Shown here one piece after another: positions 62,334-64,000 of a stretch of DNA of 64,000 nt (positions within the stretch are counted from its first letter, which is position 1; every line of letters begins with the position of its first letter). The translations under genes were made by a program, and so were the position numbers. The DNA lies in NCBI GenBank assembly GCA_963835965.1, contig CAWIHQ010000004.1:151921-215920 (forward strand). Reading direction: 5' to 3'. Source of the DNA: an uncultured Actinomycetes bacterium. Its GTDB lineage: Bacteria; Actinomycetota; Thermoleophilia; Gaiellales; Gaiellaceae. Below the pieces are notes generated by a model. It was not told where the DNA came from, did not search any database, and saw only the letters and a list, made by a program, of their open reading frames with translations.

Positions 62334-63200
62334 GTGCGTGCCAGACGGAATGCAGGGAGGGAGATCACCAGGCTCCTAGAGGCGAACGACCCGGCGGACG
62401 GGATCGCGCTGACGGCGCCAGCGGTAGACGCCGCCCTCGACGAGCTTGGGGCGGCGATCATGGCCTTGCCCGTCTCCGCGAGTCCGCCTCGCCGTTTCAC
62501 TCGCCCTTTCCTCGCCCTGGGAGTGGCGGCGGCGATGATCGTGATCGGCGGGGGCGTCGCCGCCGGGGCGGTGCTGAGCGCGCACACAGGAAAGGTTGTG
62601 CCCAAGGCGCAGGTGCCGATGGGCGGCCCAGGAGAGGAGCTCAATCCTGCTGCGCCCGACTTTCGCAGCGTGGCGCTCCAGATCTCAGCGGACATCCCGT
62701 ATCCGCCCGGCTACGGAAGCTGGCGCGAACTTGTCATCGGAGACGCGAGCGATCCGTCCGGGCAAGTCAGCTCGGGCGCACTGCATGGCTGGTTCGCCAT
62801 GAGCGCCTTCTGCGCCTGGGTGCGGGATTGGGACCAGGCGGTCGGTGCGGGCGACAGCGCGGGGGCGGCGACCGCGTCACAGACGATCGCGCAGGCGCCG
62901 GACTGGAAGGCGGTGACGGATGAAGACCCGCACCCGAATCCGTCCGCGCCCAACGATCCAGGCGCCGAGACCGGCACGCTCTTCGGCTGGCTGCTCCCCT
63001 ATCGCGCTGCCGTGCTCGCCGGCGACCGCGCCCAAGTCGAGCGGTTGCTCGCGAACCGCTACGGCGACGGCCGCTGTTCGCTCTACGACCCGGTGATCCG
63101 TGCACGCGAGTCCGCTCAGGCGCGGGCGGCGCGAGCTTCGTCGCCGTCCGGGCCCGCTCAGCCTCCTACCGCGACCGTGCCCCCCGCGACGCAGCCGTGA
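62334..63200 (+). CDS. Single-pass membrane protein upstream of, and overlapping, a third ECF sigma gene
   Basis: TM FLALGVAAAMIVIGGGVAAGAVL at about residue 60. GTGA overlap with the following gene. Confidence 0.55.
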   Translation: MRARRNAGREITRLLEANDPADGIALTAPAVDAALDELGAAIMALPVSASPPRRFTRPFLALGVAAAMIVIGGGVAAGAVLSAHTGKVVPKAQVPMGGPGEELNPAAPDFRSVALQISADIPYPPGYGSWRELVIGDASDPSGQVSSGALHGWFAMSAFCAWVRDWDQAVGAGDSAGAATASQTIAQAPDWKAVTDEDPHPNPSAPNDPGAETGTLFGWLLPYRAAVLAGDRAQVERLLANRYGDGRCSLYDPVIRARESAQARAARASSPSGPAQPPTATVPPATQP

Positions 63201-63754
63201 GGCGCCCCGAGGAAGACGACCGCGCCGCGCGCTTCGAGGACCTCTTCCGTCGAACGCGACTCGATCTGCTTCGCTACCTCACCCGCCGCGCGGGGGATCC
63301 CGACGAGGCGGCCGATCTCCTGGCCGAGACGTACCTCATCGCCTGGCGCAGGTTGGAGGTGATCCCTGCCGGCGACGCGGCACGTCTCTGGCTGTTCGGC
63401 GTTGCACGCAACCTGCTCAAGAAGCGGGCGAGCCGCAGCCGCACGACCGAGGCGCTCGCCGAACGCCTCGCCGCCGAACTGCACGCTGCTCAGCAGACGG
63501 CCGAAGCGACAAACGACGAGCGCGCGCACCTCGCCCTTCGGGCCTTCGGCCGACTGAGCGAGCAGGACCGCGAGATCCTGAGCCTCACCGCATGGGAGGG
63601 CCTCAGGCCCGGACAGATCGCTAGCGTCATGGGCATCTCCGCGAACCGCGCGCGGGTGCGTCTCCACCGGGCCCGCACCAAGCTCGGACGGCAGCTGCGA
63701 CCGGCGAAGCCGCCCACACAGCATCGACCCAGCGCCGTCGTCGACCCCGATTAG
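63197..63754 (+). CDS. ECF-type RNA polymerase sigma factor
   Basis: FEDLFRRTRLDLLRYL..., ADLLAETYLIAWRRL, WLFGVARNLL, LSEQDREILSLTAWEGLRPGQIASVMGISANRARVRLHRAR. Confidence 0.85.
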   Translation: MRRPEEDDRAARFEDLFRRTRLDLLRYLTRRAGDPDEAADLLAETYLIAWRRLEVIPAGDAARLWLFGVARNLLKKRASRSRTTEALAERLAAELHAAQQTAEATNDERAHLALRAFGRLSEQDREILSLTAWEGLRPGQIASVMGISANRARVRLHRARTKLGRQLRPAKPPTQHRPSAVVDPD

Positions 63755-63860
63755 CGGACGCGGGCCCTCCCTCGGGCGGGATACCTACGGTGTACTCGAA
63801 GAGGTTGGTCTCTAGCAGCTATTCCCTCGCCTGGGCCACTGTTCCGCAATGACCCGCGAG

Positions 63861-63998
63861 CTAAGGGCGGTGAGCAGCGACAAGCGTGTCCAGAACTGCG
63901 CGCCCCTTGGCGGCAAGAGCAGCAGTCGCATCAGGGCTTAACAGGAGATATGCAGCGAAGTCCCGGCGGTTCGATGTGAACTCGATGCCTCCGCCCGG
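63861..63998 (-). CDS. 3' end of an unidentified gene (5' part lies beyond the window)
   Basis: Minus-strand frame open to the window edge: PGGGIEFTSNRRDFAAYLLLSPDATAALAAKGRAVLDTLVAAHRP*. It is not in the ORF track because no start codon lies inside the window. Confidence 0.3.
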   Translation of the reverse strand, partial: PGGGIEFTSNRRDFAAYLLLSPDATAALAAKGRAVLDTLVAAHRP

Positions 63999-64000
63999 CC

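Noticed and set aside
1-64000. CRISPR arrays, rRNA genes, tRNA-Sec (selC), and sel genes
   Set aside because: No regularly spaced direct repeats, no rRNA-like conserved blocks, and no tRNA with a UCA anticodon and long extra arm were noticed by eye. No SelA/SelB/SelD-like translations appear in the ORF track. Their absence from this window says nothing about the rest of the genome.

Overview
High-GC (roughly 70% by eye) actinobacterial-type chromosomal segment; I cannot assign a taxon. All homology calls come from reading the translations and from remembered family motifs, with no searches run. I support about 75 protein-coding genes or gene relics and 5 tRNAs (Pro-TGG, Gly-TCC, Arg-TCT, His-GTG, Arg-TCG). 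There is no rRNA and no CRISPR array. Many long ORFs in the track are antisense or out-of-frame shadows typical of high-GC DNA and were discarded.

Layout:
- 0-9.5 kb: housekeeping genes (MMPL transporter end, arfB, HAD, acpS-nnr-alr, methyltransferase, MarR, SDR, fabI, FAD oxidoreductase).
- 9.8-20.2 kb: a stress or dormancy-like neighbourhood (CBS protein, Hsp20, rubrerythrin, DevS/DevR-like GAF kinase plus NarL-type regulator, USP translationally coupled to a Pat-type GNAT/acyl-CoA-synthetase-like acetyltransferase).
- 20.2-21.6 kb: a MoaD-like protein plus a BNR/beta-propeller pair.
- 21.8-27.4 kb: an accessory stretch. It holds a lower-GC three-gene module (HEPN-like protein fused to a PcrA/UvrD-type Tudor domain, a small TM protein, and a second HEPN-like protein), an ArsR/SRPBCC pair, and a decayed mobile remnant (frameshifted IS1595 transposase, DUF5343 gene, small gene).
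- 27.4-32.2 kb: redox genes (DUF2269, a peroxiredoxin, YbdK-type ligase, RidA, serine hydrolase, trxA).
- 32.2-40.7 kb: an IleRS homolog, ispH, and a multi-GAF/PAS histidine kinase with receiver.
- 40.7-53 kb: tRNAs interleaved with gene relics and housekeeping genes (ctaG, HtrA, cyclophilin, CAP protein, M32 carboxypeptidase, GNAT, SHOCT).
- 53.6-63.8 kb: three ECF sigma modules with membrane partners and secreted beta-propeller or lipoprotein genes.

Most notable observations:
1. An AhpE/BCP-like peroxiredoxin carries an in-frame TGA exactly at the peroxidatic-Cys codon, followed by a SECIS-like hairpin. It is a candidate selenoprotein, and the ORF track shows only its 72-aa C-terminal part.
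2. The IleRS homolog has canonical editing-domain motifs, but every class-I catalytic signature I could place (HIGH, GWDxHGLP, DQxRGWF, KMSKS) is altered.
3. The HEPN-like/Tudor/TM module is a candidate undescribed defence or toxin module.
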